A stretch of 64,000 bases of DNA. Source: Balamuthia mandrillaris. Its lineage: Eukaryota. Below the pieces are notes generated by a model that was not told the origin of the DNA, ran no database searches, and worked only from the letters and a program-made list of their open reading frames with translations. Positions 1 through 12,089 of this stretch are shown piece after piece. How positions within the stretch are numbered: the stretch's first letter is position 1; the number at the start of each line of letters is the position of its first letter. The DNA is taken from positions 62,001 through 126,000 of the forward strand of contig JAVKOQ020000100.1 in NCBI GenBank assembly GCA_031835245.2. The letters are read 5' to 3'. Position numbers and translations under genes: made by a program.

Positions 1-343
1 ATACGAAGTGACACTGGCGGATGGCGATCTTCATTCCCTTCATTTCATTGCTGATCCCACGCAATGTGTTGCTGACATTGTACAACCATCTCTGGCTTAT
101 CAACAAACCGCGCTTCAAGTTTGGTTCCTCTTTTTATGATACTCTGCTTTCGTTTTTAACCATTTCCTTCAGTATTTTGAAATGCAAAAACATGACGTAG
201 AAAAGTGGAAGAAAACAATCACTGCTCCTGAAGAGATTGAGACCCAAACGATCGAGTATGCCACACTCTTATGTTCATTTTTCCAAGCTATTATTATCTT
301 CAGTGCTGGTTTGTTTCTCTATTTCTCGCCTCTCTGCGCTTTG

Positions 344-385
<42 letters not shown>

Positions 386-1630
386 TTCCTCTCTTCTCTT
401 TCCCTGGCCTTACGAACTCATGAAAGCAAAAAACTTTGTACTTTTGTGATTTGCACCGGCCAAAAAACAACAAGTGAAAGTATTCACTCGCATAGTGTTG
501 GAAAGAACTTATCTCTTTCATTCGCTGCTAATCCCAGCTATTTATTACTGAGAGAAATATCATCCGGATGCTACACATTACACTTCTACTCTTTACTCCT
601 TTTTCCTTCAATTCAAAGTGTTAACAATGCATCAATAATAGATGGCATAGTACAAATGGCATGTAAGAAGTTGCTCAAGGACAAAGGCAAAACGGTTGCT
701 TGGAGCAAGGATTTGGCCACCACAAACCTTCTCATCCAACTTTTGTCATTTCTCATCGAATTCGATCTTTCTACAGTTCGTCTATCTCTCTCCTCCCACC
801 TATTATTTTCCTTCGTTCTGTTTGCCTTCTTCCGATAACTAATTATAACTTCTTCCTTCTACAAAGGCACCATTGCATCTCATCAACGCATTAGCAGCTG
901 CAATTTCTATCGGCGCCCTCGATCTCCTCTCCCAACTGTGCAACGACGATGGTGAGTTACCTGACTCCGAGTCGCTTCACCATGTGCTTATGCATCTGTC
1001 CGAGCCGATGCCTCTCTTCTCCAAGTTTACAGCTGGCATCGACCAGCGACAGCAACGAACTGGTGTTGGTCCTCAACATGATGATGGAGAGGCCGTGTTG
1101 ATGGCTGCTATGGCTAATTTATGTTTGGCTGCTTTGCACAGTCCTCAAACGTACTTCTTTTCAAATTCTTCTTCTGTTCTCTTTTCTCCATTCTTCTCTT
1201 GCTTGAGTGCTCACCTCATCTATTTTCTCTCTTCTATTTTTCGCTTTTGCTATTTATGTTTTTCTTTCTTCTCGCTTCTTTCTGCTTTGCTGATGATAAA
1301 CAGCGGAGCGACTTCTCAGCAAAGAAGACGTTATTGTCGTGCTATGACTGCAGCCGTTTTGTATCACAACAAGTGCAATCGGGAGCGAAACACTTTTGAT
1401 ATGAAAAGATCTCCTATCCAAGTACGACCTGCCTTTCGTTTTTTCTCTTTTGTTTGTCTCTCCTTTTCGCTCATGCTCTCATCAACCGACAGATTGTGCA
1501 ATGCTTGGAAATGCTGAGACGTCAAAGGGAGACGAAGCTGCTGGACCTCATCCTATCTTCCATCCCTCGTCCTCAATGGCAACACCTGTCCTTTGACCTC
1601 CAAACCTTCCTCCTCCACCACAAATTGTAA
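1..1630 (+). CDS. Multi-exon gene, 5' end outside the window; C-terminal divergent CYRI/FAM49 (DUF1394)-like domain
   Basis: Spliced reading gives LLIQLLSFLIEFDLST...HLSEPMPLFSKF...LMAAMANLCLAAL...YCRAMTAAVLYHNKC...FDMKRSPIQ/IVQCLEMLR...LHHKL* (TAA at 1628-1630). This parallels recalled CYRI blocks ILHFTLRFDELK, FYAEATPMLK, LSTMASVC, FCLRVMVGVIILYDH and SKIDMKGCIKVLK. Confidence 0.6.
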
Positions 1631-1989
1631 AAGAAAACAGTTTTTGTTTTTTGTTTTTTGTTTTTTGATTTCCAATTGGTGATGCTTGTGGATCGAATCA
1701 GAGATTAGATCAAAAATTCAAACAGATCGATCGACTCGGAGAAATAGTGAAAGTATCCGCGGAGAAATAATTAAGGTATCACCTTACCTTAATCCGTAAC
1801 TTAAAAAAAAAAAGAAAGGAAGGAAGGAAGACAAAAGAAAAGGGGCTCGTGGTCGGTTCAAGTACCTCTGCTTATTTATTTATTTTTATTGTTGGTTACC
1901 TCTCTGTCTCTCTCTCTCTCTCTCTTTTTTTCTTTTGTTTTTTGTGTGGAGTGTTGATTTATTTTTGATTTCTGGTGCAAGCAAACACG

Positions 1990-2407
1990 ATGAGCGGTTC
2001 GGACAGCGAAAAAGCCAAACAAGTGAGCTTCCGTACGTAGTTGTGTGTTGTGATGATCATCACAGATTTTTTTGATCCACCACCGCTTTTTGTTTTCTTT
2101 TTTTTTTTTGATGGAGGTATTTTTTTGTTGTTATCATCAGTGTCGGGATGGAAGGATGTAACGGCGGGTGTGGTGGGCGGCATGTGCCTCGTCTTTGCTG
2201 GCCATCCATTGGACACTGTACGTGTGGAATCATTTGTCTTGCTTGCTTGCTTTTCTGTTGTGCTGTTTGTTTTTTTTTTAACATTTTTTGATGACCAGAT
2301 CAAAGTGAGACTGCAAACGATGCCCAAACCAGCGCCTGGACAGGCCCCATTGTTTACCGGCGCTCTTGACTGTGCCGTCAAGACTGTCAAGCAAGAGGGC
2401 GTACGTC

Positions 2408-2447
<40 letters not shown>

Positions 2448-2512
2448 TGCGCTTCCCTTGTGTCTTCTTTTTTTTCTTTTTTCTTCTTCTTTCATCGACG
2501 TTGTTTCTTTTC

Positions 2513-2559
<47 letters not shown>

Positions 2560-4060
2560 CTCTTCCTTTCACTCCTATGACCTACAAATATAGATCAAAG
2601 GTCTGTACAAGGGAATGGGTTCTCCGTTGACGGGAGTGCCGCCCATTTACGCAGTGGTGTTCGGTGCCTATGGCGCCAGCAAGAGGTTCCTCCAAAAGAG
2701 CGCTGACGACCCTCTAAGCTTGGGCAACATCTTCCTCGCTGGTTGTATCACCGGTGTCGCGACCACGGTTTGTTCTCTTCTCATCTTTCTTCTCGTCTCT
2801 GCTCTTGCCTCCTCTTCTCCCTTCTCTGTGCTCGCGTTCATTCTTTTAATGCTTTTGTTTGGATGTTTAGGCCATCACAGCTCCAGTGGAGCTCATCAAG
2901 GCTCGTTTGCAGATCCAGTACGCGCAGCCCAAGGGAACTGCTGCTCTTTACAACGGCCCAGTGGACTGTGCCAGAAAGATAGCCAAGGTACAGCCTTTGT
3001 TTCCTCGCTTATTGTTTGTCTTTCTTTGGTCATTTTCGCCGGATTATTCATCTTTTTTCCCCTCCATCTGTTACAATATAATAACAGACGAACGGTGTAT
3101 CTGGTTTGTTCCGCGGAAGTGTTGCCACGTTGTGGCGTGATGTACCTGGGTTAGTGTTATCTTCTTGAGAAGGAGCAGAAAACTATAAGAGAGAGAGAGA
3201 AACACTGAAAGCAGGAAGAAACATAAAACAAAAGACACAAAAGAACGAAAGAGAAGAGCAGCTCTGACAAGGAACGAAAAGACTCACTCTCTTCAACAAA
3301 CACATGCACTTTTAACAAAACAATAGTTCTGGTGCCTACTTTGCAGCCAACGAGTGGGTGAAGCGAATGTTCATTCCTCCCGGCGGCACGGCCAAGGATG
3401 TGGGTCCGCTGCCCCTCCTTCTGGCTGGTGGCTGTGCCGGCGTGGCCAATTGGCTGGCCATCTTCCCCATCGATCTCATCAAGTCGCGCGTGCAGACGGA
3501 CCTCTCGGGCAAGTATGCTCACGGCCATCGCGGCATGTATCAGGTCTTTTGCGAGGTGGTGGCGGAGAGCGGATGGCGTGGCTTGTTCAAGGGCATCGGC
3601 CCTTGTTTGCTTCGTAGCTTCCCTGGTTCGTTTTCTCCTTTTCTTCTTCTTCTTGTTCTTGTTCTTCTTCTTCTTGTTCTTCTTCTTGTTCTTCTTCTTG
3701 TTCTTCTTGTTCTTCTTCTTCTTCTTCTTCTTCTTCTTCTTCTTCTTCTTCCTCTTCATCTTTCTTTTCTGGTTCTGCTGGTTCTTGTGCTTGTGCTTGT
3801 GCTTGTGCTTGTGCTTGTGCTTGTTCTTCTTCTTCTTCTTCTTCTTCTTCTTCTTCTTCTTCTTCTTCTTCTTCTTCTTCTTCTTCTTCTTCTTCTTCTT
3901 CTTCTTCTTCTTCTTCTTCTTCTTCTTCTTCTTCTTCTTCTTCTTCTTCTTCTCTCCTTTCTTGAACAAAGTGCTAATGGTTGGGTTTGAATGATGAACA
4001 GCAAATGCTGCATGCTTTACGGGATATGAGTTTGCCATGCGCTTGCTGGATAAGCTGTAA
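1990..4060 (+). CDS. SLC25A20: Mitochondrial carrier (SLC25), carnitine/acylcarnitine translocase-like, about 8 exons
   Basis: Three PX[D/E]XX[K/R]X[K/R] carrier motifs across exons ([34 protein letters not shown]), plus [10 protein letters not shown] and RSFP/ANAACF typical of the CACT subfamily. ATG at 1990, TAA at 4058-4060. Confidence 0.85.
3640..3953. repeat. Long (CTT)n / (CTTGTG)n microsatellite in the last intron of the carrier gene
   Basis: Directly visible tri- and hexanucleotide arrays. They generate the poly-K/L/F/R ORFs in the track. Confidence 0.95.
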
Positions 4061-4277
4061 AAAAGAGAGAGAGGAGAGTACACCCAAGCTACCCTTATTC
4101 TCTATTTCTCTTTTTTGTTTTTGTTTTATTTTATTTTTTTGGAGATACGACTCAAGGCTTCTCTTTTTTTTCCCCTGCCTCGTCTCTCTCTGCTGCATGT
4201 ACTGTCTTCCCCTCACGCGACACAAAAACAAACAAACAAGCAAACAACCTCGCTGCTTCTCCTTCTCTCTCACCCCT

Positions 4278-4328
<51 letters not shown>

Positions 4329-4627
4329 TCACTCCAGACGGATCCGTTATCACGTCGTCCCGGAATAAAGTACATTCATGACGTCCTGATATTAAATTCC
4401 CACCTGAAATTGTAAGGAAGGCGGAAGCAAAAAAGAAAGAGGAAATAAAAGCCCACAGGAGACCACCACGCAGTCTGTCGAAGAGCAGTAACAAAAAGGT
4501 ATGATCATCTGTTCCCAAAACACGTTAAGGAGTAACGTTCGTTGTTTTTTTTTTTAAAATATCCTACTGCCCATTCACTCACACACTGCTCCCTTTTGTT
4601 TGTGTTTTTTTTTTGTGTTTGGCAAAG

Positions 4628-6529
4628 ATGGACAGCTACAAAACAAAGTTGTTCCTACGAGGGGGTCGCAACGTGCAGCCCTACCCTCACTTTGAGCTCG
4701 CTGAGCAGGTGCCCCGCCTGCCCATCCCCGCTTTGGAAGAGACCGCCAAGCGCTACCTGGAGTACCTGGCCCCCTTGGTCTCCAAGGAGCAGCTGGAACG
4801 CACCCGCGGCTACGTGGAGGACTTTATCAAACCGGGCGGCGAGGGGCAGGCCCTCCAAGAAGAGCTCAAGCGTTTGGACAAGGAGTCTCCTACCTCCTGG
4901 TTGGAGGGCTGGTGGGATGCCGGCTACCTGGAGTACCGCGTTCCGAACTTTGTGCACGTCAACCCCTTTTTCCTGTTCAAGCCGTCCGCTGTGCCAGTGT
5001 CCCAGGTGGAGCTGGCCGCTCGTTTGACGCTCGCCTCGGCCCACTTTTACCAGAAGATCGTGTCGGGGACGCTCTCCCCCGACAAGGAGAAGGACAAGCC
5101 GCTCTGCATGACTCAGTATGGTCGTTTCTTTGCCTCTTGCAGAGTGCCTCGCCCTGGCCGTTGTGCCATGTACACATTTCCCCGGCAGAGGCACATTGCC
5201 GTGTGCAGCCGTGGGTACTTTTTCGTGTTGGACATATTCCAGGACGAGGAGCTCCGTGTTCCTGTCTCAGTGGAGGCGCTTTCTTCTGCTTTGGAGCAGG
5301 TGCTATCTCACACCAGGGCACTGGGCACGAGCAACAACTGCCCCGAGGCTTCTATCGGCGCACTGACCGCTGATCAACGGGACTCTTGGGCAGCCACCAG
5401 GGCCAAGATGGTCTCCTCCAGCACTATCAACCAGCGCTCTTTGGAACTGTTGGACTCTGCCCTGTTTGTGTTGGTGCTGGACGAGGAGGCACCAGCCAAC
5501 CTCCAAGAGGCTGCCCCTGTGTTCCTCTGGGGTGACGTTCGTGCTCGCTGGTTCGACAAGCTACAGCTCATCGTGTGTGCGGACGGTCGCATGGCAGGCA
5601 TCAACATGGAACACAGCCCCTACGACGGTCACACCGCCCTTCGGTACCTCTCCGAAGTGCACAAGGAAGTGCATCAGGCTTTGTCCTCCGCTCAGCCGCA
5701 ACAAAATCAAGCGACTCCCTCAACAAGCAACAACCACACAGCCACACCTACTCCCAAAAGGTTGGAGTGGGAACTCTGTCCAGGCATCGTGGAGGGCATT
5801 CAAAGCGCCCTCTGCACGGCCAAATCCCTCATCGACACCACCCAGCTCAAGGTGCTGGACTTTACTCACTATGGCAAGCGCAGGATCACCAAAGAGTGGA
5901 AGTTCAGCCCCGATGCCTTTGTGCAGATGGCCTACCAGCTGGCCTGCTTCAAGCTGCGCGGAGTCGCGGAGAGCACCTACGAGTCCGCCATGACCAAGCG
6001 CTTCTTCCATGGCCGCACGGAGACCCTCCGCTCCGTCACCTCCCAATCGGCCGACTTCACTCGTTGCTTTACCTCCTCCTCTGCTTCCGATGCCGAGAAA
6101 GTGGAGAGCCTGCGCAGAGCCACCAAAGCACACGTGCAGAGAATGAACGAGGCCAAGAATGGCATGGGAGTGGACAGGCATTGGTTGGGCCTTAAGTCTT
6201 TGGCTGCTCACAAGCTGCAGCGTCTCCCCGGCTACTTTATGCCAGAGATGTTCCTCGATCCGAGTTATGGCAAACTGGCCACTTCAGTCCTCAGCACGAG
6301 CAACTGTGGAGAGCCTTGTTTGACTCTCTTTGGATTTGGTCCAGTCACACAAAAGGGATTGGGCATCGGTTACATGCTCCACTCTGAGGAGCTCATCTTT
6401 TGCGTGAGCAGCTTTGAGGGGGATGCTCCCAAGTTTGCTGCTCTGTTGGAGGAGAGCTTGTTGGAGATGGCTGCGCTGCTCGAGAGAAGCACCCCGAAAC
6501 AGCCGCAACAACAAAAGGCGCGTCTCTAA
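4628..6529 (+). CDS. Carnitine O-acyltransferase (choline/carnitine acyltransferase family) with a peroxisomal PTS1
   Basis: Motifs PRLPIPALEET, SWLEGWW, RWFDK, catalytic EHSPYDG, SPDAFVQMAYQLA, TYESA-TKRFFHGRTE, GMGVDRH, LSTS and GFGPV. The C-terminus -ARL* fits the PTS1 consensus. The CDS is uninterrupted. Confidence 0.92.
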   Translation: MDSYKTKLFLRGGRNVQPYPHFELAEQVPRLPIPALEETAKRYLEYLAPLVSKEQLERTRGYVEDFIKPGGEGQALQEELKRLDKESPTSWLEGWWDAGYLEYRVPNFVHVNPFFLFKPSAVPVSQVELAARLTLASAHFYQKIVSGTLSPDKEKDKPLCMTQYGRFFASCRVPRPGRCAMYTFPRQRHIAVCSRGYFFVLDIFQDEELRVPVSVEALSSALEQVLSHTRALGTSNNCPEASIGALTADQRDSWAATRAKMVSSSTINQRSLELLDSALFVLVLDEEAPANLQEAAPVFLWGDVRARWFDKLQLIVCADGRMAGINMEHSPYDGHTALRYLSEVHKEVHQALSSAQPQQNQATPSTSNNHTATPTPKRLEWELCPGIVEGIQSALCTAKSLIDTTQLKVLDFTHYGKRRITKEWKFSPDAFVQMAYQLACFKLRGVAESTYESAMTKRFFHGRTETLRSVTSQSADFTRCFTSSSASDAEKVESLRRATKAHVQRMNEAKNGMGVDRHWLGLKSLAAHKLQRLPGYFMPEMFLDPSYGKLATSVLSTSNCGEPCLTLFGFGPVTQKGLGIGYMLHSEELIFCVSSFEGDAPKFAALLEESLLEMAALLERSTPKQPQQQKARL

Positions 6530-6616
6530 ATGAACAACGTACAAACTTTTATTTTTTGTGTTGTTTTTTGTATTATCATTATCGCTTCTCTTCATCGTTC
6601 TCTTCTCTTCTCTTCT

Positions 6617-7628
6617 TTATGGAACAAAAGCTGCGTCTGATTCTGAGAAAGTGGACATTTGTACATCATCTCCTTTTCCTCTGTCATCCTCCTCCTCTTC
6701 TTTTCTTCTTTCATCTGCATACTGCCCGCTCATTCGAAAGGAGCGAGAGCGAAGCCACTTCTCGCACATTGACTTGACTCGCTCGTTCCCTTCTCTCTCC
6801 GCCGCCTCCAAAATGGTCTGAATGGCAGAAGTGCTCTCCTCGCGAACGGCCACGATGTAAGCCTCTTTCAGTTGAGAGAGGAGCAAGTGAGCGCGAATGA
6901 CGTTGGAGGGGAGATGCAGCTCCCGCAAGAAGAGAGTGGCGGAGGCGATGTCGCGAAGCTCCTCCCCGTAGACGGAGATAACGGCCATCAGCAGTTTGTC
7001 CATGTCTTCGTCGTTGATGTTGCCGCTCTTCTTGAGAACGGCTCGTTTCACCTCTTGTGTTGTCTTTTGTGTGTTTTGTTAGTGAGAAGAAGGAAAGCAT
7101 GAGAGAAGAGAAGATAGCGAAGAGGACAACGAAAAATAGATGAGAAGGGAGACGAAAGAAAAGAGAACCTTAAATCGAGCGAGTTTGGTAACTTTGGCGA
7201 TCTTCATTTGAAGGTCTTTCTCGGCAAGGCGTTCTCGTCGTAGCTTGCTAAAGTTTTCTGTGACTTCGGACTTGACATTGCGGTAACGCTTTCTTCCCGG
7301 AATGATGCACAACACCAAAAAGTCAACTATCCAACTGGCAAACAATATGAAGAGGTAGCCGACTACCAAAGAATACTGTCATCAAAAGAAGCGTTCCACA
7401 AACAAGGTTAATAGCGATAAGCAAAAGTGAGACCGAAGTGAAAGAGAAGTCAGTAAAGATAAAGGTACCAAAAGAGCGGTAAAGCTAAACTTGGGGACTT
7501 CGCCGCTGATTTGGAACGAGAACCTCCATCCATAATATGACACCAACGATCGCGTTTGCCCATCTAAAGCGTACTCCACTCGTGGTGCTGTGTTTCATTG
7601 TTATTTCAATGTCAGTTGGCAAAACCAC

Positions 7629-7666
<38 letters not shown>

Positions 7667-7896
7667 AACCTGGATGATTGGTAACAGGCGCGATGGAAGC
7701 TCGATAGTAATAATAGTTGATAGGATTGTCGTTAGGACATCCTCCGCTCGGTTTGAGGTACTTGCATTGGCCGTAGATAATATCGACGTCGATAACAGCT
7801 CCGCTGTCTCTAACCTTCTCTATATCCTCTACCCCAGCTGCTTTCAGCAACAACCTTTTATTTTTTGATTGTATGTTTATTTTCTCTTTGCTCTGC

Positions 7897-7940
<44 letters not shown>

Positions 7941-9495
7941 TTCGTTCTCTTTGTTTTGTTTTGTTTTTCTTCTTATAACATCATAGTTGAAAGGTGTCAA
8001 CGTACCCTACTTCGAAGATATCATCCTGATTAGGCGTTGACTCATATAGTACATTTCCTTTCGTGTCCAATAACTGATACAGCAAAACACAAAACAAAAC
8101 AATCAGTACATCATGCAATGAACAAACAAAAAGGTGGGAAAAAAAAAAAGAATAAGGTTGGAAGTAACCTGTCCGATAATTTCTTTAGCTTCTTTTTGCC
8201 AGTGAGTACTTTTGGGAACGTTTCCGCCTGCGTTGGAGCGTGTAGGTAAGAAACAAAGCACAATAAAAAGTAGATAATGAAGAAATGAGAACATACCATT
8301 AGCACTGGTTTCTTCTTCCAAAAACTGTTGTTAAAAAGGCAATGTTTAAAAAAAAAAGGAAAAATGCAGAAAGCATTGGTGAAGAAAGACGAGAGAAGCA
8401 GAAGCAGAACAAGAACATGAAGAGGAAGAAGAACAAGGAGGAGAATGTTGATTACAAGAGATGCCTCAGCCTCGTGAGAAATTTGCATCAGGAACTTTTC
8501 AGGAGATATAAAGTAATTGAAATGTTGCTCGCCGTCTGTCCAAGCTTTCGTGCATGCCCCATTCAGACATGTGTGCTCCACTCTCCGTTGGACTCGCCGC
8601 GATTCTGTTTTGGTTGCTACAAACAATGTTGTATCTGCTGATGCCTCTGTTTTGTTTGTTCTGTTAGAAGACCGATAGAGAGAGAAAGAAAAGAAAAAAA
8701 AAAAGAAGGAAAAGGAGAGCATTGAAAACGAGAGAAGCGAGAAGAGATAAAGCGGAACGACAGGAACAAAGAAGAGAACCAGTATAAACAATGTCATCAG
8801 CGTCGCCAAAGAAGCAGTGGCAGTCGGGTTCGGTGCCAGAAAAAGACTCGCAAGAAGACTCGCAATAAGTCAGATCGGCAGTCTTCAATGCAGCCGGCTG
8901 GAATGGTGTCGTAGTTGTTTTATTGATTAACAAGCACAGAAAAAGACAGAAGATGGAAGACAAAAGAACTAAATGAAGAAAGACGAGAGAAAGACCGAAG
9001 AAGAATGAAATGAGGCGAGAAAAGAGAACCTGCTTCAATGCCAGCGACATTGTTCCTGTAACAGTTCCAAGTTCGGCCCTTTATTATTTTTTTTTTTTGT
9101 TTGAGAAAAGGTTGAGAACAAGAAGCCATCAAAAAAAGAAGCGGCAAGAAAGAAAGAAAGAAACGACAAAAATGAAAGAGGCCACAAGAAAGAACAAAAG
9201 AAAGAAACGACAAGAAAGAAAGAAACTACAAGAAAAAAAAAAGAAACGACAAGAAAGAAACGACAAGAAACAAAGAAACGACAAGAAACAAAGAAACGAC
9301 AAGAAACAAAGAAACGACAAGAAAGAAAGAAGCAATATGAAAGGAAGGAAAACAAAAAACGAACCATCCATCCTGCTCGTAGAGCACATAGTACGCAATG
9401 AAAAAGAGAACGGCCAACACGCACACCCAATACAGCAGGCCCAATCGATAGTCTTTTATTCTCACTATGAGAGTTTGACGAACTCAAAAAATGAG

Positions 9496-9536
<41 letters not shown>

Positions 9537-9799
9537 AAGAGAGAGAGATAGACAAACCAGATTTCGCGGTGGAGTAAGAAAGAAGGTCGTCCAGATCGAC
9601 CGACTTTACGCAACGAATGAAACCGGTGGAAAAACTTGTTGCCTTTTTTATTTTTTGTTATTTAACAAAAAAAAATCGCGATCGACTCACAAAAAAAAAA
9701 ACCAAACAAACAAACCTTTTTCTTAAAGCGAGGTCCACCGCGATAAGAATGGGAGCCAGAAGAAGACTGCAGCATGGCCTCCCTCAGACCCCCCTCCAT
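6617..9799 (-). CDS. P2X purinergic receptor-like ion channel with an extra C-terminal helical domain
   Basis: N-terminal LLSYSTAK (YxTxK) followed by VRIKDYRLGLL-TM1; Cys-containing ectodomain exons; TM2 ...FASWIVDFL; post-TM2 YRNVK (YxxxK). The last exon (about 7063-6617) splices in frame. Confidence 0.85.
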
Positions 9800-10168
9800 C
9801 TTCTTTGTTTGTCCTTCTATTTTCTTTTGGTCATAAATGGAAGTCATACGCAGGTCATATTGTGCACTAATTGACCATCTCAGTTCACAACCTATTATGC
9901 TTTTACGATTATAACACCTCAACCAATTACTATCTATGTTTCTTATAGTACTATTATGTGTCTTGTGCACATCTATTATGAACGGTCATACATTAAATAT
10001 TAGATAGGAATAACATCAATTATAACTAACAACCTATTACTTTTTCGTTTTAGTTGAATTCTATTATAACGTTAATAAAACATATTATTAATTCCAACAT
10101 AATGAACATATTATGGCTCATCTACGAGGTTGATTGAACAAATAAACCAATATAAATAAGAAAAAAAG

Positions 10169-12052
10169 ATGAAGAAGAAAGGAGCGAGCGGCGGCGGCGC
10201 GGAGGTGGCCTGCGACAAGCTCGCTTGGGGAGAACGGCCGGTCCGGTCGCTCGGCATGCTGGCCCCACCGCGCGTGCTGGCCTTCTCTCAAGAAGCAAAC
10301 GACCGGCTGTTTCTCTACCAAGGTTTGATTTTATTTATTTATTTATTTGTTTATTATTTTATTGATTTAAAAAAAAATAAAATAAATGTAAAAGGCGTTT
10401 CTTCTCAGCTTAGAGTGAGTGTGCTCCAAAGAGAAGGAGACGGTGGGAGTAGTGGCGGTGGTGACCTGCGCGCTAGGCTGGTCTACCAGGAGGCTGTGTT
10501 CGAGGGAGCTCCCGTTTGTGGTCTTCGTTTAGGTTTTTCTCTCTTGTCTTTTTTTCTTTTTCTTTTTGGTCTGACTCTCGCTCTCTTCCATCTGCTCTCT
10601 CTTATCTTCATCGTTCTCATTCTCGTTCTCGTTCTCGTTCTCGTTCTCGTTCTCGTTCTCGTTCTCGTTCTCGTTCTCGTTCTCGTTCTCGTTCTCGTTC
10701 TCGTTCTCGTTCTCGTTCTCTTCCTCGCAAAGTGAACAACTCTTTTGTTATTCTTTGGAGCAACAAAAACATTTGCGTTCTTCACCGCGAACCAGTAGTG
10801 GAGGATGACGCAGGAGAAGGAGCAGCTGCTCTGCATTTCAAAGTGCTTCTTCGCATGCAGCTCAAAGATTGGATCTGGGACGTCTTTCCTTTATCTTCTT
10901 CTTTTCATTCTATCCTCAAACCACAACAACTGCAAACAACCAAAGAAGAAAAAAGAGAAAAGGAAGAAGGAGACGAGTCGTATCGCTGTATTCGGTACTT
11001 AGTGGTTGGCTACGCGCATAACGATGTTGAAGTTTGGGATTGGAAAAGTCGCACGCTTCTTCACGCAGCTCGCAGCGAGCCTTGCATTCTCTATAGTCTC
11101 TCTTTTCACGCTAGCTCTTCTTCTTCTTCTTCTTCTTCTTCTTCTTCTTCTTCTTCTGATGCTGCTGCTGCTTCTTCTTCTGTTCCACGTTTACTTGTTG
11201 CTGCTGGAACAGTCTTTAACAAAGTGCTCATTTGGGACGTCTTCTCTCCAGTTGATGATGAGGACAAGGAAAAAGAGAAAGAGGAAGGGAGCAACATAAA
11301 AGATGGTCTCGTGGTTCCTCTTTTCAGTTTGGAAGGACATAAAGGCGTTATATTCGACATTTGTTGGTCAGAGGAAGGAGGAGTAACTTTTCTCTGCACA
11401 GCTTCTGACGATCGCAGCGCTCGTCTTTGGAAACTTCCTCTTCTTTCTTCTTCTTCTTCTCCTTCTTCTTCTTCTTGTTCTTCTTCTTCTTCTTCTTCTT
11501 CTGCGCCATTGGTTTTGAGTCCGTTGCTTTCGTTGTGGGGACATTCTGCACGTGTGTGGCGGACGAAACTTGTTCGTTCTCATATTATTACTGTTTCTGA
11601 GGTGTGTGTTTCCTTCTATCCTTTCTTTTCCTTTACTTCTTTCTTACTTCTTTCCTATCATTTCTTTTCAATCCGACCAAAAAAAAAAAAACCAGGATGC
11701 AACATGTAGAGTTTGGGATCGTCACACAGGAGTTACTTTGGCAACATTGAGGGGACATCAAGGCAAGAACGTGTGGTGCATGGCTGAGCACCGTATCTCT
11801 TCTGAAGACTCGCTTATTGTACGTTTATTTTCCCATTCCTTTTCTTCTCCTGTTCATTCAAAGTAAACACAACAATTCACAACAGGTGACCGGAGGAGGA
11901 GATTGTGTGTTGCGGATGTGGTCATTGAAGTCAGCAATAGAACATCATAGTGGAGGCAGAGCACAGCTGTTCGACATTCCACAACAGCAGCAACAGGTAA
12001 CACACTTTTCATCAACAACTAACTATCGCAGAAGTATACAAGACAAAAGAGA

Positions 12053-12089
<37 letters not shown>

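Noticed and set aside
3157..4083. Poly-Lys/Leu/Phe/Arg ORFs
   Set aside because: They are translations of the intronic (CTT)n microsatellite, not genes.
9200..9330. 18-bp tandem repeats (AGAAACGACAAGAAACAA) considered as a CRISPR-like array
   Set aside because: There are no unique spacers and no cas genes; it is a simple minisatellite in a P2X intron.
10516..10735. RS-dipeptide 'SR protein' domain at the start of ORF 10516..11709
   Set aside because: It comes from a (GTTCTC)n array inside a WDR6 intron.
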